A DNA stretch of 64,000 nucleotides from Styela clava. Lineage: Eukaryota. Location of the stretch: positions 16,120,001-16,184,000 of the forward strand of contig NC_135253.1 of assembly GCF_964204865.1 (NCBI RefSeq), in the 5' to 3' direction. Positions 13,459-27,619 of the stretch are shown piece after piece. A program made the position numbers and the translations under genes. Below the pieces are notes generated by a model. That model worked only from the letters and a program-made list of their open reading frames with translations, had not been told where the DNA came from and ran no database searches. Position 1 is the first letter of the stretch, and the number at the start of each line of letters is the position of its first letter.

Positions 13459-13756
13459 CAGAGGTTGGCAAGGTTTTTGGATCGGGGCCAGAAATTTTTC
13501 CCATCTAGACTGACGGGCCATGTAAGTGTGACGTAAACGTTACATTTCATGAACAGTATTACAAAAGCAATAGTGGAAAACAATTATTCCCGTGTCGAAA
13601 CTGAATTTAATCGCAATCTCAACAAACTCCTTGAGTTATTTTTTAGATAAAACATCAAAATTTGGTTTTAGTTTGGTTGTGGCAGCATCAGGCGAGCCAG
13701 ATTTAAGTACCAAACGGGTCGGATTTGGCCCATGGGTCATAGTTTGCCCATGTCTG
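13459..13756. mobile_element. hAT MITE
   Basis: Imperfect TIR cagaggttggcaa / ttgcccatgtctg and TSD ctctagag/gtctagag. The paralogous empty site is at ~21790. Confidence 0.85.
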
Positions 13757-14460
13757 GTCTAGAGTCATTCAATAAATAAAGTTCAAGTTGAGTGGTGTAT
13801 TTGAGGGTAATTATAATATTCCATTGTTTTGTGTCTTGCAGCTAAATTTCAACTGTTATTCTGGATACACACAACATCGCGCACCATATTCACATTATTA
13901 TACTTTCACCTTACTCGCCGTTCACCACTGTCTTTTTTGGCATGCTGAAATTTTACGGAACCGTGACTTGTATATAATCTATCCTCTGTCATTATAATAT
14001 TTTTATATTTATTTGGGTTTGTTTATGTGTGCGTACTACTGTGCCAAAGTGTATTGACAATATCGCCCCACAAGCGGAAATGGGAAACCCATAATTCTAC
14101 AATGGTAACCTAAAATTTAATAAAGTTTTGACGAATAAGAGTGGGGTTGGACGTACTTACAAACGTGAGGCTACGCAACTCATGAAAACTTGTGTTGACG
14201 ATGACTATCTACAACTTACCCGATGACCCGATCTATTCAAACAAACAATAATTCACTCTGATGTCGTCCGCCATCGAGTACGACTTGAACTAACTGGATT
14301 ATTAATTCTCACATACCGTCTTACCGAAATTTATCATTTCTCTAATATTCAGCATCATTTTCCCAATCTTCAATTTATTTGAGCAATTAGTACATTTTAC
14401 GATTTGTCAAATTAAATTTACGATATTGTTGGCAAATCGCACTGGTAGAAGAATACTTGT

Positions 14461-16467
14461 TTAGACGGTATTGTCAAGAATCCATTGACGTTCTTTTGCA
14501 AGTTTTGCCCAGCCACTTGGATACTGGGTAGTACATGTACTGGGGGCCCAAGACGTAGCACCGATCAAGGTTATTACACCGTTGATCGTTTGCACAAGAG
14601 GTCCACCAGAATCTCCCTGTAAGAAAGTATTAATAAACTATAATAGCAGGCAGACATATTAAAAGTATGGTTACATAAAGGTAAAGTATTTAAGTGTTCG
14701 TCAATTGATAATCTTGTTACAGAACTAAAGTATATAAGTAAGGGAATGTAACTTGTTCAGATTCTTACCATACACACTCCACCCGCTGTCGCTGATCCAC
14801 CACAAATCATGTTGTCATGTTGATAAGTATTTCCCCATACGGCGTTGCAATCAGCATAACCATAAACGGGAATATTCGCCACTTGAAGATCATCTGGTAA
14901 CTCATTTTTAGGGTGATTTTGGCTTCGGTAGTTGATGTAGCCCCATCCTGTTGTGGTACCTACGCCGCCATTGAAAGTGCTGTAATCTGTATTCGAATTG
15001 TGATCAGCTGGAGGGAGAGCAACAAATCCAATCTATTATAGAAAATATCAAAACCAAAATTTATATTATTTGAAATTTCACAATTTATCACGGTTTTCAC
15101 ATCAACAAGTTGAAAATCAATGAGGGCTACCTTTCACAGAAGAAACAATTAAGTCACATTTCGTCTCTTGGGAGCATAAGAGATTTTAGTGAATTATTAT
15201 TAATCATTAGCCACTGTATACTACTCACGCAAGAATGTCTCGAAAAACGCAGTTCGGTAGTCGCCCTAATTTGACTCAGACATTGATCTGAATGAGTGCA
15301 GCTGAAGATTCATTCCATTAATCCAAATTTTTGTTTCATTTTACTATTCGGACACAGGGGGTGGAAGATATTTAAAAATGGCTACATATGCTAAAACAAT
15401 AAAAGCAAAAATTATCGACGACTAGCCATTGAAAATGTTAAGTATAAACCTACACTCGAGCTCTCAACGGCTTCTTCGGCAAGTTTCACAATACCGTAGT
15501 CGTTGGATATTTCAGCACTGTTATATTGAGGAAACACAAGGAATGACTCTATTGCGAACCGTGTTCCCCCTGAAAATTTTTTCGTAGATCCAGCATATAC
15601 CGTCACAACACTGGGACTAAAATAAAGATGAAATTGTATACTTTTGAGCAATAGACAAAATTCTAACGGTTCGGTCTCCGGATGTTGGCTTTATTTGAAT
15701 TAACTCTAAAATGTTATAATATAGAGTCTCCCAACAGCCTAAGGGAGTGCACAGAACCCAACCATTCGTTTGAATTACATACAGGCCTACTCATATTTGA
15801 GAGAATACAATTATCTGTGTATCTGACTAAATATACTATATAAATGCTATATATAACGTTGTCTAATAAAAATGCGTCCTCTTTTGTGTCAGATTCATGA
15901 TTGAACAATTGATAAAACTCATCTCCTACGCAGACGCTGATGGATCATGGCAGAGAAGGAGTTTCAAACACTCATATGGCATTTTTGTAAATAACAAATA
16001 AGAAGTTATTTTTCATCATACGTTATAAAAATGTAAAGATACAGTATTCTTACTCATTGTAGCAATGAGCTGCCGTCATAACGTATCGTGAGGAAATCAA
16101 GGATCCTCCACAAAAGTGCCAGTACCCACTTCCGTATGGTTCTTGCAGTGAGACCTATGAATAAAAAGTTAAAGTAGGTAGTGGCATAAATTAAATTAAT
16201 GCCGTGAAAAAGTACATTTTATTACCTGCCAGACATAAGTATTGATGGCTGCATTCTCGCCTCCAATGATTCTCTGATTTGGATATCCTATGTTGGAAGT
16301 AAATGTAATATTAATTGACATGGTACAGTATGAATTTTTCGTTTTTGTAAAAAACAATAACAATTTAAAATATAAATCATGATTGGTGACTGATGATTGC
16401 TGCAAAACAAAAACTTACCGAGAGCAAGAGTGGCAAAAGCCAACAACAAAGTAGCGTAATTCAGCAT
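14461..16467 (-). CDS. Chymotrypsin-like S1 serine protease, copy A (exons 16467-16419, 16287-16226, 16154-16054, 15616-15454, 15032-14769, 14616-14461)
   Basis: Signal peptide [17 protein letters not shown], activation site QR/IIGG, catalytic motifs TAAHC, NDYG and GDSGGP, and canonical splice sites. Confidence 0.95.
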
Positions 16468-16529
16468 CTTGGTATGATGACGCAAAGTGATCCCTAACAA
16501 AGGTAGTACGACCAAAACTTCTCGCTTTA

Positions 16530-16537
16530 TTTATATA
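16530..16537 (-). promoter_or_regulatory. TATA box of protease copy A (equivalents at 20358-20365 and 33016-33023)
   Basis: TATATAAA about 60 nt upstream of the ATG in all three protease genes. Confidence 0.65.
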
Positions 16538-18280
16538 GAATCGTGGGAGTTTTGGTGACGTACATTTACCTAAAAATAGTTGCAAACGCTGGCTGAGTAC
16601 ACAACGCGTTGACGTAGTTGATTTGCAAAACATAAAAAGTTTTAAATAACGTTACAAAACAACATTTCTGTATCGAATAGGCTTTGCAGTGCTGTCCAAA
16701 TCTATCAGATGATTTCCGTCTTGTGAAGTACAGTATATATGACTCATAAACAGAATCCATAAATTCCTTCTACGAATAAAAAAATGTTTAATTCTGTTTT
16801 CGCTCAAACTTCTGTTTGTGTATAATTATACTAAAGACGCTTTGTACAAAAGTTTTCTCTCTAGAACCCCTCATAATTTGCTTCATATATCAAGAAACCG
16901 TAAACCTACTTTTGGGCCGACCTGTAAATACAAATGATACAATATGGAGATTTAATTTGACAAAGAAAAATAAGGGTACAAAGCAAAACAACAAAAGCTT
17001 CATTTTTGTTCATTCCGTTCTTCATTTTACAGGCATACTCCGGACCACAAATCGCCGTTTGTTTCTATGATAAATAATTCCCGCCAAATGTTAAAAAGGA
17101 TTGCGCCGGATGTCATATGAAGATTTGGGTGAAATATCGGGCCAAGTAGGAGTAGCCACATAGTAACACGTTCATGTGCCTTCTTCCATTTTTAGGTTTT
17201 CTAAAATTTTGAATTGATTGAAAGTTTCGTTAGTTTGAAAAAAATATTTTTTCTAGTCTTATAACAAGAGCAACAATTAAAATTTAGGAAAACGATAAAT
17301 CCATTTCGTGTCCAAAAATTGAAGGATTGTGCTATCATATTATATTGTGTATGGCCTTTAATAATATTGTTGTGCACGACTGTATTTACTTTTTATTACG
17401 TATAATCAACATCTGGGTCATTCCCATGTATACCATGAAGGTAATTTGTTTGGTTTGAGCTAAATTTATGCCGTAACGATCGAGTTTGGACACATTGCTC
17501 TCAAACACACGCATGTCTCACTGTTTAAATAACCACAAATAGATTAAAGGTGAAAATTATCGAAAGCGGGTTCAGCACTTGACTGACTAATGTTCACTGT
17601 TGGCAAAAACCCAATTATATATATATATTTTTGCCAATCATCTCATACAGATTCAGGTAGATTTATGTAACTAGTTAGTACTCGGTTTGGGAACTGGCCT
17701 GGGGGTAAGAGAATACTTCAAACAAAGTGTGTCACCATTACTGCTATGTTTTTCTCATTTGTTCTCTTTTTATTTTATTTTTTTAAAAAAGAGGGAAACT
17801 CTTCACGATTGTGCGTGTCATCGTTCCCAATTCGTTTGTGTCTGAGACAGTGCACTTATGCCTTCGGGTGGAGTTATATTCTCAGGTTGAAGCTGGCGAG
17901 CGAAATACTGAAAACTTGTGTTGACGATGACTATCTACAACTTAGCACTAAAGATCAAGAACCCTATCTCAAATCTGGCTGCTTTATACTACATGCATGA
18001 AAGTATCTATGAAAGTTTAAAGTTTCCAATACATTAAGTGACCAGATCTATTCAAACAAACAATAATTCACTCTGATACAATGTCGTCCGCCATCGATTA
18101 CGACTTGAACTAACTAGATTATTAATTCTCACATACCGTCTTACCGAAATTTATCATTTCTCTAATATTCAGCATCATTTTCCCAATCTTCAATTTATTT
18201 GAGCAATTAGTACATTTTACGATTTGTCAAATTAAATTTACGATATTGTTGGCAAATCGCACTGGTAGAAGAATACTTGT

Positions 18281-20295
18281 TTAGACGGTATTGTCAAGAA
18301 TCCATTGACGTTCTTTTGCAAGTTTTGCCCAGCCACTTGGATATTGGGTAGTACATGTACTGGGGGCCCAAGACGTAGCGCCGATCAAGGTTATTACACC
18401 GTTGATCGTTTGCACAAGAGGTCCACCAGAATCTCCCTGTAAGAAAGTATTAATAAACTATAATAGCAGGCAGACATATTAAAAGTATGGTTACATAAAG
18501 GTAAAGTATTTAAGTGTTCGTCAATTGATAATCTTGTTACAGAACTAAAGTATATAAGTAAGGGAATGTAACTTGTTCAGATTCTTACCATACACACTCC
18601 ACCCGCTGTCGCTGATCCACCACAAATCATGTTGTCATGTTGATAAGTATTTCCCCATACGGCGTTGCAATCAGCATAACCATAAACGGGAATATTCGCC
18701 ACTTGAAGATCCTCTGGTAACTCATTTTTAGGGTGATTCTGGCTTTGGTAGTTGATGTATCCCCATCCCGTTGTGGTACCTACGCCGCCATTGAAAGTGC
18801 TGTAATCTGTATTCGAATTGTGATCAGCTGGAGGGAGAGCAACAAATCCAATCTATTATAAAAAATATCAAAACCAAAATTTATATTATTGGAAATCTCA
18901 CAATTTATCACGGTTTTCACATCAACAAGGTCGAAAGTTGAAAATCAATGAGGGCTACCTTTCACAGAAGAAACAAGTCACATTTCGTCTCTTGGGAGCA
19001 TAAGAGATTTTAGTGAACATTATTAATCATTAGTCACTGTATACTACTCACTCAAGAATGTCTCGAAAAACGCAGTTCGGTAGTCGCCCTAATTTGACTC
19101 AGACATTGATCTGAATGAGTGCAGCTGAAGATTCATTCCATTAATCCAAATTTTTGTTTCATTTTACTATTCGGACACAGGGGGTGGAAGATATTTTAAA
19201 AACGGCTACATATGCTAAAACAATAAAAGCAAAAATTATCGATGACTAGCCATTGAAAATGTTAAGTATAAACCTACACTCGAGCTCTCAACAGCTTCTT
19301 CGGCAAGTTTCACAATACCGTAGTCGTTGGATATTTCCGCACTGTTATATTGGGGAAACGCAAGGAATGACTCTATTGCGAACCGTGTTCCACCTGAAAA
19401 TTTTTTCGTAGATCCGGCATATACCGTCACAACACTGGGACTAAAATAAAGATGAAATTTAATACTTTTGAGCAATACACAAAATTCTAACGGTTCGATC
19501 TCCGAATGTTGGCTTTATTTAAATTAACTCTAAAATGTTATAATATAGAGTCTCCCAACAGCCTAAGGGAGTGCACAGAACCAACCATTCGTTTGAATTA
19601 CATACAGGCCTACTCATATTTGAGAGAATACTCCATAATTATCTGTGTATCTGACTAAATATACTATATAAATGCTATATATAACGTTGTCTAATAAAAA
19701 TGCGTCCTCTTTTGTGTCAGAGACATGATTGAACAATTGATAAAACTCATCTCCTACGCAGACGCTGATGGATCATGGCAGAGAAGGAGTTTCAAACACT
19801 CATATGGCATTTTTGTAAATAACAAATAAGAAGTTATTTTTCATCATACGTTATAAAAATGTAAAGATACAGTATTCTTACTCCTTGTAGCAATGAGCTG
19901 CCGTCATAACGTATCGTGAGGAAATCAAGGATCCTCCACAAAAGTGCCAGTACCCACTTCCGTATGGTTCTTGCAGTGAGACCTATGAATAAAAAGTAAA
20001 AGTAGGTAGTGGCATAAATTAAATTAATGCCGTGAAAAAGTACATTTTATTACCTGCCAGACATAAGTATTCACGGCTGCATTCTCGCCTCCAATGATTC
20101 TCTGATTTGGATATCCTATGTTGGAAGTAAATGTAAAATTAATTGACATGGTACAGTATGAATTTTTCGTTTTTGTAAAAAACAATAACAATTTGAAATA
20201 TAAATCATGATTGGTGACTGATGATTGCTGCAAAACAAAAACTTACCGAGAGCAAGAGTGGCAAAAGCCAACAACAAAGTAGCGTAATTCAGCAT
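18281..20295 (-). CDS. Chymotrypsin-like S1 serine protease, copy B (6 exons, near-identical to copy A)
   Basis: Same exon structure and catalytic triad. About five amino-acid differences seen (I/V, N/K, V/A, R/Q, D/E). Confidence 0.95.
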
Positions 20296-22051
20296 CTTGG
20301 TATGATGACGCAAAATGATCCTTAACAAAGGTAGTAAGACCAAAACTTCTCGCTTCATTTATATAGAATCGTAGGAGTCATGGTGACGTACATTTACCTA
20401 AAAATAGTTGCAAACGCTGGCTGAGTACACAACACGTTGACGTAGTTGATTTGCTAAACATAAAAAGTTTTAAATAACGTTACAAAACAACATTTCTGTA
20501 TCGAATAGGCTTTGCAGTACCGTCCAAATCTATCAGATGATTTCCGTCTTGTGAAGTACAGTATGACTAATAAACAGAATCCATAAATTCTTTCTACGGA
20601 TAAAAAAAATGTTTAATTCTGTTTTCGCTTAAACTTCTGTTTGTGTATAATTATACTAAAGACGCTTTGTACAAAAGTTTTCTCACTGGAACCCCTCATA
20701 ATTTGCTTCATGAATCAAGAAACAGTAAACCTACTTTTGGGCCGACCTGTAAATACAAATGATACAATATGGAGATTTAATTTGACAAAAAAAAATGATG
20801 GTACAAAGCAATACAACAAAAGCTTCATTTTTGTTTATTCCGTTCTTCATTTTACAGGCATACTCCGGACCACAAATCGCCTTTTGTTTCTATAATAAAT
20901 AATTCCCGCCAAATGTTAAAAAGAATTGCGCCGAATGTCATATGAAGATTTGGGTGAAATATCGGGCCACGTAGGAGTAGCCACATAGTAACACGTTCAG
21001 ATGCCTTCTTCCATTTTTAGGTACTTAAAATTTTGAATTGATTGTTCCGTTAGTTGGAAAATTTTTTTTTTTTTCTATTTTAATAACAAGCGCAACAATT
21101 AAAATTTAGGAAAACTATATATCCATTTCGTGTCCAAAAATTGAAGGATTGTGCTATTATATTGTGTATGGCCTTCAATAATATTGTTGTGCACGAGTGT
21201 ATTTACTTTTTATTACGCATAATCCACATCTGGGTCATTCCCAAGTATACCATGACGGTAATTTGTTTGGTTTGAGCTAAATTTATGCCGTAACGATCGA
21301 GTTTGGACACATAGCTCTTCAAACACACGCATGTCTCACTGTTCAAATAACCACAAATAGATTAAAAGTGAAAATTATCGAAAGCGGGTTCAGCACTTGA
21401 CTGACTAATGTTCACTGTTGGCAAAAACCCAATTATATATATATATTTTTGCCAATCATCTCATACGGATTCAGGTAGATTTATGTAACTAGTAATCGGT
21501 TTGGGAACCGGCATGGGGGAAAGAGAATACTTTAACATCGACATTGATGCTATGTTTTTCTCAATTGTTCTCTTTTTCTTTTATTTTTTTTTTCATTTTT
21601 TTAAAAAGAGGGAAACTTTTCACGATTGTGCGTGTCATCCTTCCCAATTGGTTTGTGTCTGAGACAGTGCACTAATGCCCTCGGTGGCGTTATATTCCCA
21701 GCTTGAAGCTGGCGAGCGAAATACTGCAGCATTGGTTTGCAGATTGTTGGGCTTGTAATTCTGTCGAGTTTTCGTTCATGGGTTTTGTGGTTTAGATTCA
21801 TTCAATAAATAAGGTTCAAGCTGAGTTTAAGATTAATTATAATATTTCGTTGTTTTGTTGCTTGCAACTCAATTCAAATTCGGTTGGATACACACGACGC
21901 CGCGCACCATATTCACAGTATTATACTATCACCTTACTCGCCGTTCACCCTACCCAGCAATGTCTTTTTTGCTATACTGAAATTGTACTGGACCGTGACT
22001 TGTATATAATATTTCATATTGGTTTGAATGTGTTTATGTGTGCGTTACTAC

Positions 22052-22364
22052 TGTGACAAGAGTTAGCTGCTGAAGTGAATTGAATTTAATGATGCCAATG
22101 GGAAGGTACACAATTTACAAGACACAGCAGGACTTTGCTTTGAACAGTTGACAATGACAGAACGTATACATATAGTTATAAAAATAGGATTTGCCTTTTT
22201 TGACTCTTTTCTTAGAATAATACACCTCCTGTTAGAACTGGGCAATATAAAACACCACGAAGGCCACGCCCCTTTTATATCCTGACGTCAGAGTTTATCG
22301 CGTGACAAGGCAGGTTCACCTGGATCTTCTCATGTCCAGAAATAACTCAGAGTGCTTGATCTCA
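22052..22364 (-). mobile_element. Solo LTR
   Basis: TG...CA ends flanked by a 5-bp TSD actac (22047-22051 / 22365-22369). The minus strand carries a CRE (TGACGTCA), TATAAAA, a GC box and ATTAAA. It is absent from the paralogous site at ~14040. Confidence 0.75.
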
Positions 22365-22736
22365 ACTACTGACATTATCAATTTTCGTCTAAGTCATTAT
22401 AAAAAAAATATTTGAACAACAAGTCCAAAGACGCGCTTGTTTTGTACGTATCATTTGGAATGGGACGGTTATATAATTCAAATATCCATTCGAATGGGTC
22501 TCTCCGTATAGAGGTATCAGAAAACCGTTTCCTCAATTGTTTGGCTACGATATTTAACATTGATAGTTCAATACTGGGCTAAAATTGCGCAATATATTCA
22601 GTAACTCGGAAGAAAAATTAACTTCTAATATATATATATAAATATTCGAAAATATGTCCATATTTTACTAATATATACTGTACATTCGTGGAAAAATCCA
22701 AATTATTTTATTTATTCCGGCCAACCAATGAAGAAG

Positions 22737-23011
22737 AATATCGGTCAGAGACCGAAGACTTATCGATCGAAAGTTAGCGGATCCCAAAACAGCGCTCTTA
22801 CTCCATAGTGACACCTTGTGTCCCATCACTAATTAATTAATAACTCGCTAATTATACGACATAATTCATCCAAAATCAATAGGCTTCTGGTCCGACATAT
22901 GCCGAATGCACATGCATCTGGAGCAGATTCAATCTCGCTGCCGTGAGATATCGCGTGCATCTAACAGACAAATACCTATCAATATACTTACCGATTAAAA
23001 TCGATAAGTAA
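22737..23011. mobile_element. Helentron-associated non-autonomous element (HINE/DINE-1-like)
   Basis: Subterminal IR acttatcgat / atcgataagt, terminal hairpin tacttaccgat-taaa-atcgataagta, and a short acagaca tract. Confidence 0.55.
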
Positions 23012-24443
23012 TGACACGTACATTAATTTGAGACAACTGAATTATTAATTTTGATTTGATTACAAAAATTTGAATTTTCCAACATCCTGCAGCGAACGTG
23101 GATTATATATAACTTTGGATTAATGTTATTTAACCCTTTGTAATAATAGCATGTTGATTTCAATGAAAATAGGTCATTCTAGCAATTTCCCTGGTGATGA
23201 TTTATCGTATAGCAAGGCCTCACTCTTTATGCAGTGCTTTCTTTGTATCGACCGATCTGTGGCGTGTTTCCGGCCTCCATGCGGGAGTTGAGAATATAGT
23301 GTTTTTCATGTTTTTTTTTAATCTTAAAATGACTTGGATTTCAACCGTATAACTAGTATTATGGTTTCAAGTGTATACTTCGATAAATCTGTTTGGATTC
23401 AATTTCATTGTGCAACTTTGCAATATACGAACATTAGCATTAAGATACATTGTGTGTATCGACCTCTGAAGAGTTTTGATTGGGGTTTACTCCGCTAACG
23501 TACGTATAATAATGGTACAGGGGTAATGACACGCAGAAAAGGACATCCATTCCCGTATAATCCAAACTCGAAGCTTTTTTGAATCCGTATTATATCAAGG
23601 CCAACAATACAATTCCGCTCAAACCGCGGAATACTTAACATCGTCAATATAATATTTAAAATAGATTTTAGCTATGCCATTCGATTTATTTTAAGAATAA
23701 AGTGCCCGTTAATAAATGCTGCCTGAAATCGTAATATTGTGAGCATAATTATCTTTCTATCCCAGAAATACGACTACAAATACTCCTTGACTAAGCGGGG
23801 TGTAGTTATTCAGTCTACAATGGTTTATTTGAGTTAAAGCAATGCTCAAATTTATGGACACAGTGGAATTATGCCGATTCAGCTACCTCACACGTGTATA
23901 TGGATAATGACGTTGCCCCATCTGAAATAACTTACGTTTCTTGTATAATTTATTGCTCTCATAATATACGAGATAATAACTATATTTGTTCAATCACCGT
24001 AACAATGTTATACCCGACCCGCATGACAATAGTGCTTTGTGCAATCTATTTTCGATGGTTTCCAAACTTGTTGAATGGCATCCCATGCTTGGCACACGTT
24101 GCAGACATTTGCTCCAAACCATCCAGACATGTCATAAACATGTAGAAAAAATTGAACCTCCACGAATATATGGGTAGCTTTGGTAATCCTTACAATTAAG
24201 ATGATGTAAATTACAGTAATTTTGTCTTGGGTTTGAATGCATACTCCATTCTTCAAAGAAAGTGCTGCGTGGCATGATTCCGTATTGCATCGCTAATGTT
24301 TGTTTGGAATAAACGTAGACAACGAGATATCAGCGTCAAGATTCTTATGTCAATATTGGCCAACTTCTTGCGAAACTAACCTCGTGTCTTTTCTTACATT
24401 GCAGTACGATTATTTTGCAGGGTAACAGCAAACTACTACTACA

Positions 24444-27400
24444 ATGGACAGCTTGAAAGATAAAGTGGTGGTGATTACTGGTTAGTTTTTTTTATTATTT
24501 CCTTGTTTCGTTTGTTTGTAAATAGATAAATATATGTTTATACCCCACAAAATAATAAAAGTTCAGTAAATTCTAAAATCTGGCATCACAAACTTGAATT
24601 TGTCTAACCAATGATTTTAGGAGCTGCGGGTGGTATTGGTTCAGAAGCTGCAAAATTATTTTCCAAGAGTGGTTCAAAGTTGTTTTTAACTGACTTGGAC
24701 CAGGGCCGTCTAAACTCTTTGATTGAGGAATGTAAAAAAAGTGGTGCGAAAGAGGTCAGTATCTTAGTTGTTTGAGTAACGTATATATATATTTAGGATA
24801 TTGCATTAGATTTTCCCGAATACAAATCATTTCGTTTTTCAATTACAGCCAAGATTCTTAAGCTAAAGTCCCGCGATGTCAGGTTAGGCTCGTTACGTCA
24901 AACAATTCCATATATTTGATATCGAATACATTGTATAATACTGTACTATATACGTGACTTTTTAAAAAAAAGAACATAAAATACGCCTTTTTCTCAAAAG
25001 TTGACTAAAATATATGACCCAGTGAATGTTATCGTAAATCGTTTCCTGCGATGTACCAGGAATGTTTTATTTAACCATTGTTAAATAATACCTACAGGTT
25101 CATGGAGTGAGAGCGGATAGTGGTGTAATGTCAGATTTGGAAAACATTTCTAAGAAAACCATCGAATGTTACGGAAAAGTGGATGTGCTGGTGAATAACG
25201 TTGGATTCGCCAAAAAAGTTCCATATGAAGAGGTAATGTATACAATATTCATATATTTTCTTTATCTTCAGCATTTGTCTTCAGTATGCCCGTCAGAATT
25301 GTATAAAGTCACAAATTTGATTAGCTCATACTTCACAAATCAACCATCTTCCTTTAACACTCAGAAACAACAACAAAGTGAAGCATATTATGCGCAAAAA
25401 TCGGTACTCCCGTAGTATGTGTACCAGGATAGGGTTAAGCCATAATTTTATCCTGATTTTCTTTATTTTAGTTCTATTACGAGTTGGGGACTGTTTGTGT
25501 TAGCCAAGTGAATATACCTCTTGTCCATAGGTTTCATTCCCTTCACACAACTTGATGTAAAGTAGGCGAACAAAATTAGTTACCTCCATATTGTTACACA
25601 TATTTCTGGAGCGCTATTCATAATAATCTTTTAGCTAGATGTGCTCTGTCTTTACCACGTTCTATGTATGACAAAAATATATTTAATTATGTAGATGTTT
25701 TTTTTTTCAATGCTTTATATTCATAATATTATATTCATTTTCAGCACACGGAAGCTGACTACAATAGCACATTGGATGTAAATCTGAAAGCAGCGTTCTT
25801 TCTGACAAAGTGGATGATTCCAGAACTGATAAAGACACGAGGTAAGATTTATAGCTTGAATTCAAACGCAATGCTGCCAAATAAAATTTACCTCATTTTC
25901 AGAAAGGCTTGACTACTGTACAATTTATCCCACTTGTTTATTTTAATAGGAACAATCGTGAATCTCAGCAGCGCAGCTGCTACCAATCCTGAACCAAGAT
26001 TCATGGCATACAGTGTTGCAAAAGCCGGAATAGATCATTTTACGAGATCATTGGCTAGAGGTTGGTATAAAACATTGTCAAAACTTAGCAGTACGAAGTA
26101 GCCCATTTATTCATACATATCAATCATTTACCTTAAGCTTAACGTCGATGTCGGAAACATAAAATACTTGTTTGGCCACCGGCGGTAATAAAACCCAATC
26201 TGTTATTGATGGGATGTGAAACAGCAAAATGTTTATGACAAGCTAAGCTATACTAAAATCCTCTGTATTAATTTAACTAATTCCATGGACAATTATTATA
26301 CTGCTTTCATAATCCATGGAATTTTTTTTTTAATTGAAATCATATAAAAAGCAATATTTATTTACTGATCCATTTTATATAAATATATATATATATTTAT
26401 TTTAGAATATGCCCCACAAGGAATTCGAGTGAATGCTATTGGGTAAGATTGATCAAAATTTTGTAATATATTTATATATATTATGAAAATAGCGATTGAT
26501 TTTTTTTTCTAGTTTTTCATATAATTGCTATACGCATATACTCAATGAAGTATTCGTTTCAGCACAATATAAAAAATATAATATGAAAAAATAAATAGAA
26601 AGTTTATTACAAAAACACTGAAACAGTTAATTAGTTTTCTGAAAATAGTCAACCACCACTTAACGTGCATCCCCAGTAGAAACAATCAAGGAAAAAAATT
26701 TGTTTATTACTGATCAAAAAGTTTAGTATTTGATGTTCATAGAAAATATCTCAAAAACATGAAACAAATTTTTTAAGAGATTGCTTTGAAAAAAATTTAT
26801 CATTTTCCATATCCGTTTTAGGCCAGGACCTGTGAGAACAGCATTTCATCCTGATCATGCTGCGGTAGGTAGTTGCTTAAAATCAGCAAAGTTTTTTCGG
26901 GGCTCCCGAAGTATGCGAACCAAGATGGCGGACATCGGAATGTAATATGTGTACTAGGTTAGGGTTAGGCTCTAATTTTAGGTATAAATACTACGGGAGG
27001 CTCTTGGTTAGTCTTCGAATTGATAATAGGACTAAAATAAGGGAAATTGGAAAAAAATTATCGCCTAACCCTAACCTGTTACCATTGTTACGTTTCGATG
27101 TCCGCCATCTTGGTTCGCATACTTCGGGAGCATCGTTTTTCAATCAATCAATATGTGAATGTCATTCAGGTTATATTCGATCGAAATTAACGTGGATGCA
27201 TATCTCTAAAAGAAAATCATATTTATCTTAAATGAATATTTTTTTAGCTTTAGTAGTAGAATCTTTTGATCGATGTTCTTTTGAAAATTCGGTTTATACT
27301 CATATGAAATCTTTTATCGGAGTATGTATAAAGAATAATAAATAAATACTAGAAATATTTTTATGGTAACGCTTCATTAACACGAAAAAGGAGATTCGGG

Positions 27401-27619
27401 AGAGTTGAAAGCAAACTCACTCATTTTTTTATTACATTTTAGTTGGAAAAGATATCAGCTGAGCAACCACTATGTGGAATTCTGGAACCGGCGATGATTG
27501 CTCGCTGGATTTTATTTCTTTCATCTCAAGAGGCTGGACCAATAACGGGTCAAGTGATTGTAGTGGACGGTGGGAGAACGGTTACTAGAATACCAGTTGG
27601 ATACGGTCCAGTAAAATAA
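24444..27619 (+). CDS. Classical short-chain dehydrogenase/reductase (exons 24444-24480, 24621-24754, 25098-25232, 25745-25841, 25950-26060, 26406-26442, 26822-26864, 27443-27619)
   Basis: TGAAGGIG Rossmann motif, Asp after beta-2 (LTD, suggesting NAD(H) preference), NNVG, NLSS, catalytic YSVAK, GIRVNAIGPG and ITGQVIVVDGG. Intron phases are consistent. Confidence 0.93.
25403..25615. mobile_element. Merlin-like MITE in SDR intron 3 (same family as 44270-44472)
   Basis: Termini ggtactcccgtagtatgtgtacca / tgttacacatatttctggagcgct; reverse-complement copy at 44270-44472. Confidence 0.7.
26899..27134. mobile_element. Merlin-like MITE with long TIRs and internal TTAGGG repeats, in SDR intron 7
   Basis: TIR gctcccgaagtatgcgaaccaagatggcggacatcg is perfectly inverted at the other end. 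Flanks are gttttttc/gtttttc. ggttagggttagg and cctaaccctaacc lie inside the arms. Confidence 0.85.

Larger units (their letters stand above)
14183..21726. repeat. Head-to-tail tandem duplication (units 14183-17910 and 17909-21726) carrying the protease gene
   Basis: Near-identical colinear units, including introns and upstream DNA. The junction ...gaaatac-TG-aaaacttg has a 2-bp microhomology. Confidence 0.93.
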
